Of a DNA stretch of 23,599 bases, positions 16,501 through 23,599 are shown in pieces. Made by a program: the position numbers and the translations under genes. A model generated the notes under the pieces. That model saw only the letters and a list, made by a program, of their open reading frames with translations, did not search any database and had not been told where the DNA came from. How positions within the stretch are numbered: position 1 is the first letter of the stretch; the number at the start of each line of letters is the position of its first letter. The stretch is from Candidatus Micrarchaeota archaeon (GTDB taxonomy: Archaea > Micrarchaeota > Micrarchaeia > Norongarragalinales > SBBD01), in contig JBBSVW010000032.1 of assembly GCA_038046605.1 (NCBI GenBank), positions 1 through 23,599 on the forward strand. The letters run 5' to 3'.

Positions 16501-16999
16501 GCTGGATGTTGTGCTCATGATAAATACGGCCTTCAGGGGAGCGCCGGAGCCGACATGCGGAGGCGCTCCAATTCCAAATTCCGCTGCATCTGCAACAACG
16601 TGGCTATCCTCCCCAGTAAAGAATGCGGATGGAACTTACACTTACTCAGTTTATGCCAATGCGCCAATTGCATACGCTGGGGCGCAATATTCACTTGCAC
16701 TGGATTCAAAGACAACAATAGTGTCAGCAACCATTGCAGGGGCAAATTCGGGTTTGACCCTCTACACCAAATCAATAGGTACTGAGTACAAGCTGGGGGT
16801 GGTTGATTCAAGTGGGCAATCAAGCATCCCTGCCGGAAGCATCCAACTGATGACTGTTAAGGTGAGTTCACTAAGCGCTCCAACAAGCGCCTCCCTTAAA
16901 ATTAGCCTTGTTACCCTATCGGATGTGGATGGGAAGAAGATCAGTGCTACGATTCTGAAAACAGCACCAAAAACCGGAAGCTCAACAGCTTCATCCTAA
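10574..16999 (+). CDS. Giant secreted protein B (2141 aa): signal peptide, Het-C/vWA7-like Zn domain, C-terminal part of an alpha/beta-hydrolase, Ig-like region with a choice-of-anchor-X-like motif, CARDB, 2 PKD, TSP3 repeat, beta-helices, dockerin, cohesin-like
   Basis: Signal MQRNDLRPKIVLLLLAMLMLLNMGVVDA|F; HFD, LHPAADFYAHSNW and LNKD; VDLVGSGMGAL; LFDDG...DDIAGDGIYS (~13223); TIHNLGNAPA...YLNN; PVADAGPNQ...FDGS...YEWD; DTIPDQVDNCP...DQADFDKDGKGDAC. Overlaps the stop of A by 14 nt, with SD-like GAGGGG at 10558-10563. Confidence 0.9.
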   Translation: MQRNDLRPKIVLLLLAMLMLLNMGVVDAFKVCFSFDPDSPGSSCIHESIIQEAFSINDKPFLKPDIMETITDQQWEVDIDDHFWDSEYHFDACSFSKSVKTINKHYGLLLDYLNPDLQNQIPGIPDPDKAAIEFGTLLHPAADFYAHSNWIEQGQGKLTLVDRRLSEWKDLSGTLSDYAIVNGAVLVEDLKEGDIVPKNYKLNPSSISDPLHGKTFTVTTPSGDVKKGIISGSAYGSDLCPNSVAIGHWDVGDSLKPGLGLYSGSGAPFDQDIDENGYGTGLNKDTPERPEHFAARAWAKLQTKHEFCRLLSLVQRDYGEAGLNYIKAAWIEPSTDLSTVCKCLVIGSQAGKTNQMSSATSDESCGSPIADEQEELEEFESNTRENQFTKFPVVKVDMSISSSVINLRLSNAPIQGSAKIVGEEIDKIKAETGVKRVDLVGSGMGALAAHFYTNYGYRFDVRKEVLIGASVHGSDLIKWGPKVAKIAIKALSSTVPGGQIISAIANILIDLIVGEAGPQMEPHSSFIKNLNLNDKNPSPLYALYDDYPGELDFINKNVKYLSIYGVGPAIGDFSLPMTLTTFHLIIPGLNELVSVPLIWFGDLFTNTVSADIDIDPSIMPPIVQMAKVTGLDSLHWWLAKNDDTVKCVNRFLDGLPCPPFNALSGQSLDGFMQSFAQVQTELDDMLNGSSYQIVGPFDGTVNPGNVTNHTFYLDPLSRETSIRLEYNPVDAFWNYTIDDYQECSNNVSLNLTMPNHTIIGSSQADGINIRYQETNGTITYFLNNSVIQTQTGNWTLIVKGEKGFAHGYANCSLVDYTAVITFKTYLRVGTKSYNESFEPGDQVPIIAVVQYNGSARPGVDVNAYITQFSNYSVNGSSAFDTIKLFDDGLLAHDDDIAGDGIYSNKYPNTIIPDTYQVNVVASVDLNLLGLGNEIVNRSVQTTFVVEALPELTVYDSEIIFSQGAFDEKVFIIDATIHNLGNAPANDTEIEFRAGNDTIGFDIVNVSPHGEDFASVQWNSTYGNHNITVIISPFNSFMEKSYLNNSASKLLFVDDFNAPVADAGPNQVARVGEPVFFDGSPSFDDNGIASYEWDPDIDNATDGIIYGVYNSTRGYYTLGLHNGSLTVRDEKGNSNTDYFNVTVVEEFDTEAPIVFAGLSQVVSVREPVQFDGRSSQDNYGIASHEWDINIAKDSDLDNLTDNDVDLVTRYPYLASGYYAPGKYIVKLTVNDVAGNGPESYYTKVIVKEYKQYICLGDMDCDTIPDQVDNCPITSNSDQADFDKDGKGDACYCTKIVSGGGDLEGELATAKSGDVICLSSFRVGNVTLPRGDITLDCLGYSITGDTTDTGITLGPAITNTTIQNCVVDEHFTGIKAQGANNKLLRNKVQINNGTGIQIISGSGGRLVDNKVCDNGINSGGNYDITSTGGYTGDYNTCDQTSSWNDQLTTGCRFTCNACTVPTNNMNIVTNTVLCPGTYELPNGINVVASNVYVKCDETVLVGSMSTTGIDVIGRTNVKVMGCEVRNYTIGLNFQYSASCEAFDNKLLENTDGIYLEALAPALTQTSSVITNNMILDNTINDNLRYGIFVYNTANNEISGNIMLNNRNVSAFLSSATATAVSNNLMASGILLYSSSSSNVSNNDISFPNGAYVVNISGGSGNMFTSNEVHDSFLYGFAISSSSNIFTNNNVHDLPIAFSFVGGSSNQVIGGKIENINVGLRISNSNNNRIHRVAVDDPILNGIDLRGSSNNLVNGSILGVITLNKSNFNNITKNTGSIEMFASNSNNVSGNNASAGTAGIVFDSSNLNLIVGNTFDANDAGIVGINSSSNLIRDNYIRKSIQGIFLNLSNNNTIFNNYFNSTINANDTGTNSWNRTKLLGLNIIGGPYFGGNFWGDYNGSDTDGDGLGNTLLPYTSKGGILNGGDRLPLLKLYRCGDLNNDGVHNVLDVVLIINVAFRGAPAPEPSWIADLNGDAVTNVLDVVLMINTAFRGAPEPTCGGAPIPNSAASATTWLSSPVKNADGTYTYSVYANAPIAYAGAQYSLALDSKTTIVSATIAGANSGLTLYTKSIGTEYKLGVVDSSGQSSIPAGSIQLMTVKVSSLSAPTSASLKISLVTLSDVDGKKISATILKTAPKTGSSTASS
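16367..16960 (+). other. C-terminal dockerin (16367-16558) plus cohesin-like domain in protein B
   Basis: CGDLNNDGVHNVLDVVLIINVAFRG / ADLNGDAVTNVLDVVLMINTAFRG...TC, then YSVYAN...AGAQYSL...IPAGSIQLMTVKV...VTLSDVDG. Confidence 0.8.
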
Positions 17000-17048
17000 A
17001 CTGCCATAAATCCTAATCCTTATATTTGCCTAATGAATCCCCTTACTT

Positions 17049-17663
17049 ATGGCAAGGAAAGGGATTGAAGCGTTGCGCAGAGGTATAGTTGATAGTGCCA
17101 GGGAAGGGTTGCATCACGAAGCGGAGCACAAAACATCCCATCCGGCAATCCAAAATCCAAGCCATCCGCCGGAAAAAATCAGGACCCTCGAAACCGCCTA
17201 CCGGGAATTGCCGGAAAAAAACGTTTTCCATCCCTACAAGAAAACCGGTTTCCTGGGGAGGCTTTCAAGGAAAATTGAGCGTCACGGCTACCCTCCGCTT
17301 CCGATCATTGCGCTTGTTGGAATCATCGTTTTTGCGGCAATTCTTCCCCTCATCTCCTCTGCAATATTTTTCACCGAGCCTAGGGAAATTGATGTGTATG
17401 TTGCAATCTACTCGCAAAAGGGGGAAATATTGCGCGATGTTTCGGTTATCCTTGCCTCCCCGGATTATTCCAAAATAGAAAGGAGCGCAGTCACGCAAAA
17501 AGACGGCCTTGCCTATTTTAAACTGCTTCCGGTGAATGCCAAATACGCGGTTTATGCCGAAAAGAGGAATGGTGAGCGCATCAATCTGGAGGAACGCGAG
17601 CTAAAGGTGCCCTTCCCAAGGGGGAGGAGTGAAATTATAATTGAAATCAGGGCGGTTGGATGA
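17049..17663 (+). CDS. Single-TM membrane protein with one prealbumin-like/carboxypeptidase-regulatory-like domain; short paralog of the downstream giant
   Basis: TM IIALVGIIVFAAILPLISSAIFF, then VAIYSQKGEILRDVSVIL...VTQKDGLAYFKLLP...YAVYAEK. Confidence 0.8.
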   Translation: MARKGIEALRRGIVDSAREGLHHEAEHKTSHPAIQNPSHPPEKIRTLETAYRELPEKNVFHPYKKTGFLGRLSRKIERHGYPPLPIIALVGIIVFAAILPLISSAIFFTEPREIDVYVAIYSQKGEILRDVSVILASPDYSKIERSAVTQKDGLAYFKLLPVNAKYAVYAEKRNGERINLEERELKVPFPRGRSEIIIEIRAVG

Positions 17664-17756
17664 TTTTTGCCGGTGAATACTTGTAAATTTATTTAACCAA
17701 TTTTTTTATTGATATTGCCAATCCCAATCCATCGCATCTAGCTCTATAAGGCATTA

Positions 17757-17764
17757 TTTATATA
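17757..17764 (+). promoter_or_regulatory. TATA box of a probably leaderless transcript for the giant ORF
   Basis: TTTATATA ending 25 nt before ATG 17789, with no SD sequence. Confidence 0.65.
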
Positions 17765-17788
17765 TGTGCTGATTCTAGTTTATCTACT

Positions 17789-20700
17789 ATGGGAATAGCA
17801 GAAAGCCTCCAGGAGAAGTGGGAATCCGTCCTGCAATGGTCCGACGAGAATAACCTTCCATTGCGGGGCATTTCGGATGGCTTGGAGGAAAAGGGGATTC
17901 CGGCGCTTCCGTTCTTCATCTTGCTTGTCCTTTTGCTTGTTGGAGGAATACTCTATTTCACGGTTTTCAAATCGGCAGGGGGTGATATTACCCTCTTTCC
18001 GGCAACCAAGGCAAATGTGCTTGTCACACTTCGGGATGCAATTGGCCAGCCAGTTGCAAATGCCCAAATCACAATTGCCTCAACAAATGGCGATCAAACC
18101 AATCTCAAGGAAACAACGGATTCGGGCGGCGAAGCGCTCTTTAGGGATTTAAAGATCGGTTCAACATTCGAAGTTTCCGTTTCGGATTCACAAGGGAATG
18201 CGTTGCAGCTTGAGGATGCCACCTTTAGCGTGCTAAAGGGCACAAAGGAAATAGAACTTGCCCTATCTGCCCCAACTGTAACCGATACCGTTTCAGTTTC
18301 TGTCGAGGTAACGGGCCCAACCGACCCTGCAACAGTTCGCGTTGCAATTGCCGGCTCCGATGGCTTTCCAATTGGCAGTGCCCAAACAGGAAGCCTAACT
18401 GCCAGGTTTTCCGCGCTTGCGCCAAATTCCGAATATGTGGTGCAGGCATCCGCGGAAGGGTTCATCACGGGGCAAACTAAGGTAAAGGTGGAGGATAGGG
18501 ATATTCCAATTGCCATTGCCCTCAAATCAAAGGAGAGGGAAACAATTGGCACAATAAAGGTCTTGGTATTGGATGCGGAAACGCAAAAGCCCCTCAAGGA
18601 TGCGAATGTTGATATTACCGAATCGGAAACCGGATCCCCCGTCTACAGCAAATGGAAAACTGGGGAGAATGGCTACACTAAAGTCGACGATGCGACAATT
18701 GGGAAATTGGTCAAGGTTGTTGCATCCCTAAAGGGCTACACTCCGGCGGAAACCGAAATTGCAATCATCGATGAAACAAAGGTCACACTCGAGCTTTCTA
18801 AAATCCCCGAGGCGGAATTGAAATCCATCAAGGTGATTGTGAAGGATGCCGCTGGCGGCCAATTGCCAAACCCCATAATCAAATTGTTCAATTCAAAGAA
18901 CACCAAAATTGCGGAGAGCAACCCTTCTGATGGCATCGGGCTTTTCAATTCCGTTTCCGCCGAGGAATACTATGTAACCATTTTCAAGCCCGGTTATGTG
19001 CCATCCTTTGTCAAGAGCGCAACACGCGGAAATACTTATGAAGTCAAGCTTGAGGAGGCAACTACTGCCAATACCGCAAAGCTCAAGGTCCAGGTGGAAA
19101 CCCAAAATGAGGAAGCCGTCCCCCAGGCCTCCGTTGCATTGTTCAACGAGGATGGCCTGCCGCTTGGAACTGTAGATAGGATAAGCGGCAATGACGGAAT
19201 TGCATCCTACGAGGAGCTTCCTTTAATAAAAATTTATGCAAAGGCGGCATTTGGCGGGAGAAATGGCGAATCGGGCCTAATTGAGCTAACAAGTGAAGGT
19301 ACGGGGGAAGAGCCCGGAATAAATCTGCTAAAAGTCATTCTTAAGCCCGCAAAAGGCCGCGGCCTTGTTGCCGTTAAGGATCATTTCAGCGGCAAGAGCA
19401 TTGAAAACGCAAAAGTTGAATTCGCCAAATCAGATGTGGATTTCAAACCAGTAGGGAGCTGCACCACGAAAACCGGGAAATGCTCCGTTAGTTTGCAGGA
19501 GGGATTCTACATTGCGCAAATTACTGCAAGTGGTTATGATGCCCTTCTGACAAGCGAATTTGAAATAAAGCCCAATATTGACAACAAGAACTCTTTCGAG
19601 CTGATTTCCTCCCAAATAGCGGACAAGACCAAAATAATATTCAATGGGATGTTCAACCTCAAGGGCGAGAGCGTAAGTTCCCTATCGCCCTCCTCAACTT
19701 ATAATGCAAAATTCACAATCACAAGGCCCCGGGTGAAAATCACAAAAGCGGAAGTGCAGGTGCGCATCGGAAATCCCGGATCGCTGGATACCGAGGTTGC
19801 GCAAATCACCGGCTATGATGCAGCTGGCGGCTATGTCACCAAGGGCGCAACTTCGGAGAGGCCCGAATCGCCGATCCTTTCAAGCGAGGCGCCTTCCCCC
19901 TCTGCATTGCCATCCCCTTCGCCCTCCCCCAATCCCAGCACTTCACTAACTTTGGCTGGGAAATCGAATATCGTTTCCTTTGCTTCCTCCAGATCCGCCG
20001 CCCCATCCTCGCCATCCATCCTTAATTTTGCGGATGGCTCCTCTGCTTCTACGGGCTCGCTCAATTTTGCAAACGAACCAGCGGGCGAGGCTTACAAATA
20101 TGTCAATTTCGAGCTTTCCCCATTCGAAGGGAGCAAGGAAATTTCAGTTCAAATCCAGACAAGAAGCGTGGCAAGCGGCAAAGTGGATTTGCAGTATAGG
20201 TCGGTCTTTTACACTCAAAATGAGGTGCTCCGTGACCCAGCCGATGAGTCTGCGGATAGGCTGGCATTCCTTGCGAACATGAATTCCAAGGTGTTTGCAA
20301 TTGAATATGAGGGCAAGTGCGAAAACGGAATTTGCTCTCAGGTCCATTTTGAGGGGAATTCCGGAAGCTCCGAAAACAACTTCGAGGCGCAGATAAATGA
20401 GAATTTCAAATTAAAGTTCAAGCTGGTTGCGCCCAAGGGCACAACAGTGGAATTCTCCGCCCCCCTTAACGATCAAACAATTGCCCTAACTGGGGGAAGC
20501 TCCGGGGAAGCCAAGGCGACCATAAAAACAACCGAGGATACGCAGATTTCATCAATCACAACCCCCGAAGAGAATGCTGAAGGCGAATTCGATATCCAGG
20601 GAAGAAGGCTTGCAAATAATGTCGATTTCCAATTCAAGGTGGTTAGTGGCGAGAATCTAATTGAGCGTACCCTATCCGTCCGCATTGTTGGCCAAAAACC

Positions 20701-23599
20701 CGACCTTAGGGTAACATATACCGTTGTTTCTGATAAAAGCGGCGGCAAGGTTCTCAAGGCACTTAAGGATAACAAACTCATATTCACAGTAACCGATTCG
20801 CAGGATATTCCCCTGAAGAATGCATATGTGACATTGGGGTCTGGCGTGGACGCCCTTGGGGGCCTTATTTTGGAAGCTTCCCCGCAGGAAGCCAAGGATG
20901 GCTCGCTTACATATGTTTTCGAGGGAGTCAGCCCACCTGGCGTAGGGAGCGCGGCATACAAAGTTACTGCGGAAGGCTTCAAGGAAAAGAAGGGCACCAT
21001 TCCTGTGCTGGCAACAACACTTGTGAGCGTTGATGCCAAGGCGCTTTCGCTTTCGCTAGATTCGCAGGAAGGAAGGTCCGCCCCTTTTTCCGTGCAAAAC
21101 CTCCTTTCAAATGAGGTTCGGTTGAGCTATGCCCTTCTCTTCCTTGGGAAGGAGGCGCAGTACACGGATATATCCCTCGAATCAACAAGCGCAAAATTGA
21201 AATCCGCCGATTTGAGCTCCAACAATCTAAAAGCAATCCTTTCCGATGCCCTCCTCAAAATTGCAAGCAAGCCAGAAACGCTAAGCGAAAAAATAACCGG
21301 AAGGGTTCGCATTGTTGCAAAATTGGGGAGCACGGTTCAGGAGGAAAGCCTTCCCTTTGTTGTGGATTCGCGCTTTGAGCAGCTTGATTTCAACAAGCTT
21401 TGGACCATTTCCGAGAACTCGGCAAATTTCGCCCTCCAGCCGCCCAAACTCGCATCCGGCGAGCAGGTCATCACCATCACAAATGATGCGCCTTACCCTA
21501 TTTTGATCAATCACCAATCGAAAACAAAGGGCATTGCAATTACGCCGCTAACCATTGTAATACAGCCATCCGAAACCGGCGAATTTACAATCAAGGCATC
21601 CGCGAGCAATATAGATGAATGCAGGTTTGAAGAATCGCTCGACAAGGGCAAATTGGAATTCATCGCGTCTTCGAATGGCATCATTTCAAGGCGGAGCCTG
21701 GCAAGCGAGGTGTCCGTATCCTCCTCTGAAAACTGCCGCCTTAAGGATGGCGCAAGGCTCCAATTCCCATCATCCTTAACCCTTTCCCTTCCGGTTGATA
21801 CAAAAACCAAATACAACAACGACGGGAGCCTATTCATCCAGATCCCATCAGGCGAAAAATTCGTTTTTGATTCCGGGGCCCAGATAGCAAACAATCCAAA
21901 TGAATATGTTTCGAGCATTGGTTCGCCCGCATTTGCGGCGCCAAGCAAGTCATCTGGCAACTATATTGTAATTCCGGCGGGCGTTTTCATCGAGGTTCCC
22001 CCCGCATACGTGAAGCAAAATGCGCCAATCCAAAAGGTCGCCTATTCCGGATACGATGCCTCCACGCTTCCCGCATCACAGCGGGCGCTTGCCACATCCT
22101 CCTGGCAGGTTTCATTCCCATTCCCTTCCTTCATTGATTTTGACCCGCAAACCGAATTCTCGCAGGATGGGAATTACCGCATAGCAAGCTTTGAGGATTT
22201 TGACATGTATTTTGACATCAGCGCTCCGCTTGTCAAGGGAAAAAGCCAGCAGGAGAGGCGCGCAAACCTTAAGGCAAATTCCCCAATTTCAATCCAGCTA
22301 ACGCCCTTTGTGAATTCGCAGCAATCCGAGGAGGCCTATTTCCCGGTTGAGGCGACCTTTGTGATCCAGGATAGGGTGCGCCTTAGGAAGGATGATTTCA
22401 CCGGAAGCAAGGCGCTTCAGCTTTCAAACGACATGGTGATTTCCCTTCCTGCCGATGCGACCTTCTCATCGGATCCGGCGGCATCCGGAGGCAGCGGAGC
22501 GGTATTTTCCGAACTTCGCAAAGTTACAATCCCGCAGGGAAGCATTGTTAGGATACCTCCGCCCTATGTGAACCGGGGATTGCAAGGAGAATTGATGCTA
22601 AAATTGCCCTTCAAGGTGCAATTCAAGGTTCCCAAAACCACCGGCGTTTCACTTACCCTAGATCAGGCAGGAATTGGCGCAAAAGCGATCACAACTGAAA
22701 TTTACGAGGTGGTTTTTGCGCCTGGCACCACCCGTGTGGGCCTTGAATTCGCCGATGGCGCAAGGACAATTGAAGCCGCTGCAAATTCGCCAATCACAAT
22801 ACGCCCAACTGATTTTGGCGTTGTTGGCCCCAAGCGCAAATTGCCAATTGCAATCACGCTGAATCTGCCTTCTTCCTCAACTGTCAAGCAAAAGGGCGGC
22901 GCAACCCAAATCGAATTCGACAATGGCAACAGAATGCTTCTTGAGGGAATTGGGGTCAAGGAGGGCGCCTTCGAGGCAAAGATCATTGAAATCCCCGCCA
23001 ATACCGAAATTACCTTCTCTGGGAACAACCCAAATCCTGGAAACCGGATGATCCAGGTGCAGCAATCAAGTTTTGGGGAGGAGCGCTTCATTTTGCGCAT
23101 TCCAACGCAAGTGACCTTCCACTTCCCAATTGCAAATGCAATTGTAAAGCCCCCAAACATCATACGCAACGAGCTTGAGGGGTATGAGATAGATTTCCCA
23201 CTTGACCGCATCGCATTCCAGAAGGGCGACAACACCAATGATGTTGCGCTCTCACCCCTTCAATCATATTCGGGTGTCATTTTCAGCGGCGCAGATAAGA
23301 CGCTTCCAGGCAGGGACTTTGAATTCAGGTTCAATTTCCCAATGGCCTTTGAAATCCCGGAAAATGTGTTCCTCGCGCCAAGGCTTGAGCCATACAACCA
23401 AAAGTACTCCGAAATATTCCAATCATTCCGGTTCACCGATGCAACAGATCTCAAATTTGGCGATCCGGATGTGAATGATGAATTCAGGATACGTGCAACG
23501 CGCCTCCTTTCCAATGAATACGATTCCTCCTCCGCTGATTTCCTATCCGACCCCAAGACATTCATAATACCTCCAAATGCCCTGATTGTACCACGCATA
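17789..23599 (+). CDS. Giant N-terminally membrane-anchored surface protein C (at least 1937 aa, 3' truncated) with ~6 carboxypeptidase-regulatory-like repeats, a Ser/Pro linker, Ig-like domains and an unrecognised C-terminal repeat
   Basis: Not in the ORF track because it has no stop in the window. Manually translated with no in-frame stop from MGIAESLQEKWESVLQWSDENNLPLRGISDGLEEKGIPALPFFILLVLLLVGGILYF to ...IIPPNALIVPRI. Repeats include VTLRDAIGQPVANAQI, VLDAETQKPLKDANV, VKDAAGGQLPNPII and VKDHFSGKSIENAKV. Confidence 0.92.
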   Translation, partial: MGIAESLQEKWESVLQWSDENNLPLRGISDGLEEKGIPALPFFILLVLLLVGGILYFTVFKSAGGDITLFPATKANVLVTLRDAIGQPVANAQITIASTNGDQTNLKETTDSGGEALFRDLKIGSTFEVSVSDSQGNALQLEDATFSVLKGTKEIELALSAPTVTDTVSVSVEVTGPTDPATVRVAIAGSDGFPIGSAQTGSLTARFSALAPNSEYVVQASAEGFITGQTKVKVEDRDIPIAIALKSKERETIGTIKVLVLDAETQKPLKDANVDITESETGSPVYSKWKTGENGYTKVDDATIGKLVKVVASLKGYTPAETEIAIIDETKVTLELSKIPEAELKSIKVIVKDAAGGQLPNPIIKLFNSKNTKIAESNPSDGIGLFNSVSAEEYYVTIFKPGYVPSFVKSATRGNTYEVKLEEATTANTAKLKVQVETQNEEAVPQASVALFNEDGLPLGTVDRISGNDGIASYEELPLIKIYAKAAFGGRNGESGLIELTSEGTGEEPGINLLKVILKPAKGRGLVAVKDHFSGKSIENAKVEFAKSDVDFKPVGSCTTKTGKCSVSLQEGFYIAQITASGYDALLTSEFEIKPNIDNKNSFELISSQIADKTKIIFNGMFNLKGESVSSLSPSSTYNAKFTITRPRVKITKAEVQVRIGNPGSLDTEVAQITGYDAAGGYVTKGATSERPESPILSSEAPSPSALPSPSPSPNPSTSLTLAGKSNIVSFASSRSAAPSSPSILNFADGSSASTGSLNFANEPAGEAYKYVNFELSPFEGSKEISVQIQTRSVASGKVDLQYRSVFYTQNEVLRDPADESADRLAFLANMNSKVFAIEYEGKCENGICSQVHFEGNSGSSENNFEAQINENFKLKFKLVAPKGTTVEFSAPLNDQTIALTGGSSGEAKATIKTTEDTQISSITTPEENAEGEFDIQGRRLANNVDFQFKVVSGENLIERTLSVRIVGQKPDLRVTYTVVSDKSGGKVLKALKDNKLIFTVTDSQDIPLKNAYVTLGSGVDALGGLILEASPQEAKDGSLTYVFEGVSPPGVGSAAYKVTAEGFKEKKGTIPVLATTLVSVDAKALSLSLDSQEGRSAPFSVQNLLSNEVRLSYALLFLGKEAQYTDISLESTSAKLKSADLSSNNLKAILSDALLKIASKPETLSEKITGRVRIVAKLGSTVQEESLPFVVDSRFEQLDFNKLWTISENSANFALQPPKLASGEQVITITNDAPYPILINHQSKTKGIAITPLTIVIQPSETGEFTIKASASNIDECRFEESLDKGKLEFIASSNGIISRRSLASEVSVSSSENCRLKDGARLQFPSSLTLSLPVDTKTKYNNDGSLFIQIPSGEKFVFDSGAQIANNPNEYVSSIGSPAFAAPSKSSGNYIVIPAGVFIEVPPAYVKQNAPIQKVAYSGYDASTLPASQRALATSSWQVSFPFPSFIDFDPQTEFSQDGNYRIASFEDFDMYFDISAPLVKGKSQQERRANLKANSPISIQLTPFVNSQQSEEAYFPVEATFVIQDRVRLRKDDFTGSKALQLSNDMVISLPADATFSSDPAASGGSGAVFSELRKVTIPQGSIVRIPPPYVNRGLQGELMLKLPFKVQFKVPKTTGVSLTLDQAGIGAKAITTEIYEVVFAPGTTRVGLEFADGARTIEAAANSPITIRPTDFGVVGPKRKLPIAITLNLPSSSTVKQKGGATQIEFDNGNRMLLEGIGVKEGAFEAKIIEIPANTEITFSGNNPNPGNRMIQVQQSSFGEERFILRIPTQVTFHFPIANAIVKPPNIIRNELEGYEIDFPLDRIAFQKGDNTNDVALSPLQSYSGVIFSGADKTLPGRDFEFRFNFPMAFEIPENVFLAPRLEPYNQKYSEIFQSFRFTDATDLKFGDPDVNDEFRIRATRLLSNEYDSSSADFLSDPKTFIIPPNALIVPRI

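Noticed and set aside
16396-16555. DGR template/variable repeat pair in the duplicated dockerin halves
   Set aside because: Differences are mostly synonymous and not adenine-specific, there is no reverse transcriptase in the window, and this is the normal dockerin duplication.
17780-23598. Many short ORFs on both strands listed in the track
   Set aside because: All overlap the continuous plus-strand ORF starting at 17789 and are off-frame or antisense shadows.

Overview
Archaeal genomic window. TATA-box promoters, apparently leaderless starts and the gene content suggest a DPANN lineage such as Micrarchaeota; this is an inference. The left 4.7 kb holds a partial hypothetical gene, a DUF92 membrane protein, a TrkA-N/RCK-gated 2-TM channel with a non-canonical filter, an intergenic hairpin array between 19-bp direct repeats, an extended SDR, a hicB-hicA toxin-antitoxin pair and a double zinc-ribbon protein. 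The remaining ~19 kb is a surface-protein locus. Two overlapping giant secreted-protein genes (1917 and 2141 aa) carry beta-helix, dockerin, cohesin-like, PKD, CARDB and TSP3 modules. Together they encode one alpha/beta-hydrolase (lipase-like) domain split across the gene boundary, with its nucleophile motif degenerate. A Het-C/vWA7-like Zn-phospholipase-C-fold domain with its own signal peptide sits at the split. Downstream are a 204-aa membrane protein and its giant paralog (17789 to the window end, at least 1937 codons, missing from the ORF track). The giant paralog has no N-glycosylation sequons by manual scan and ends in an unrecognised repeat.
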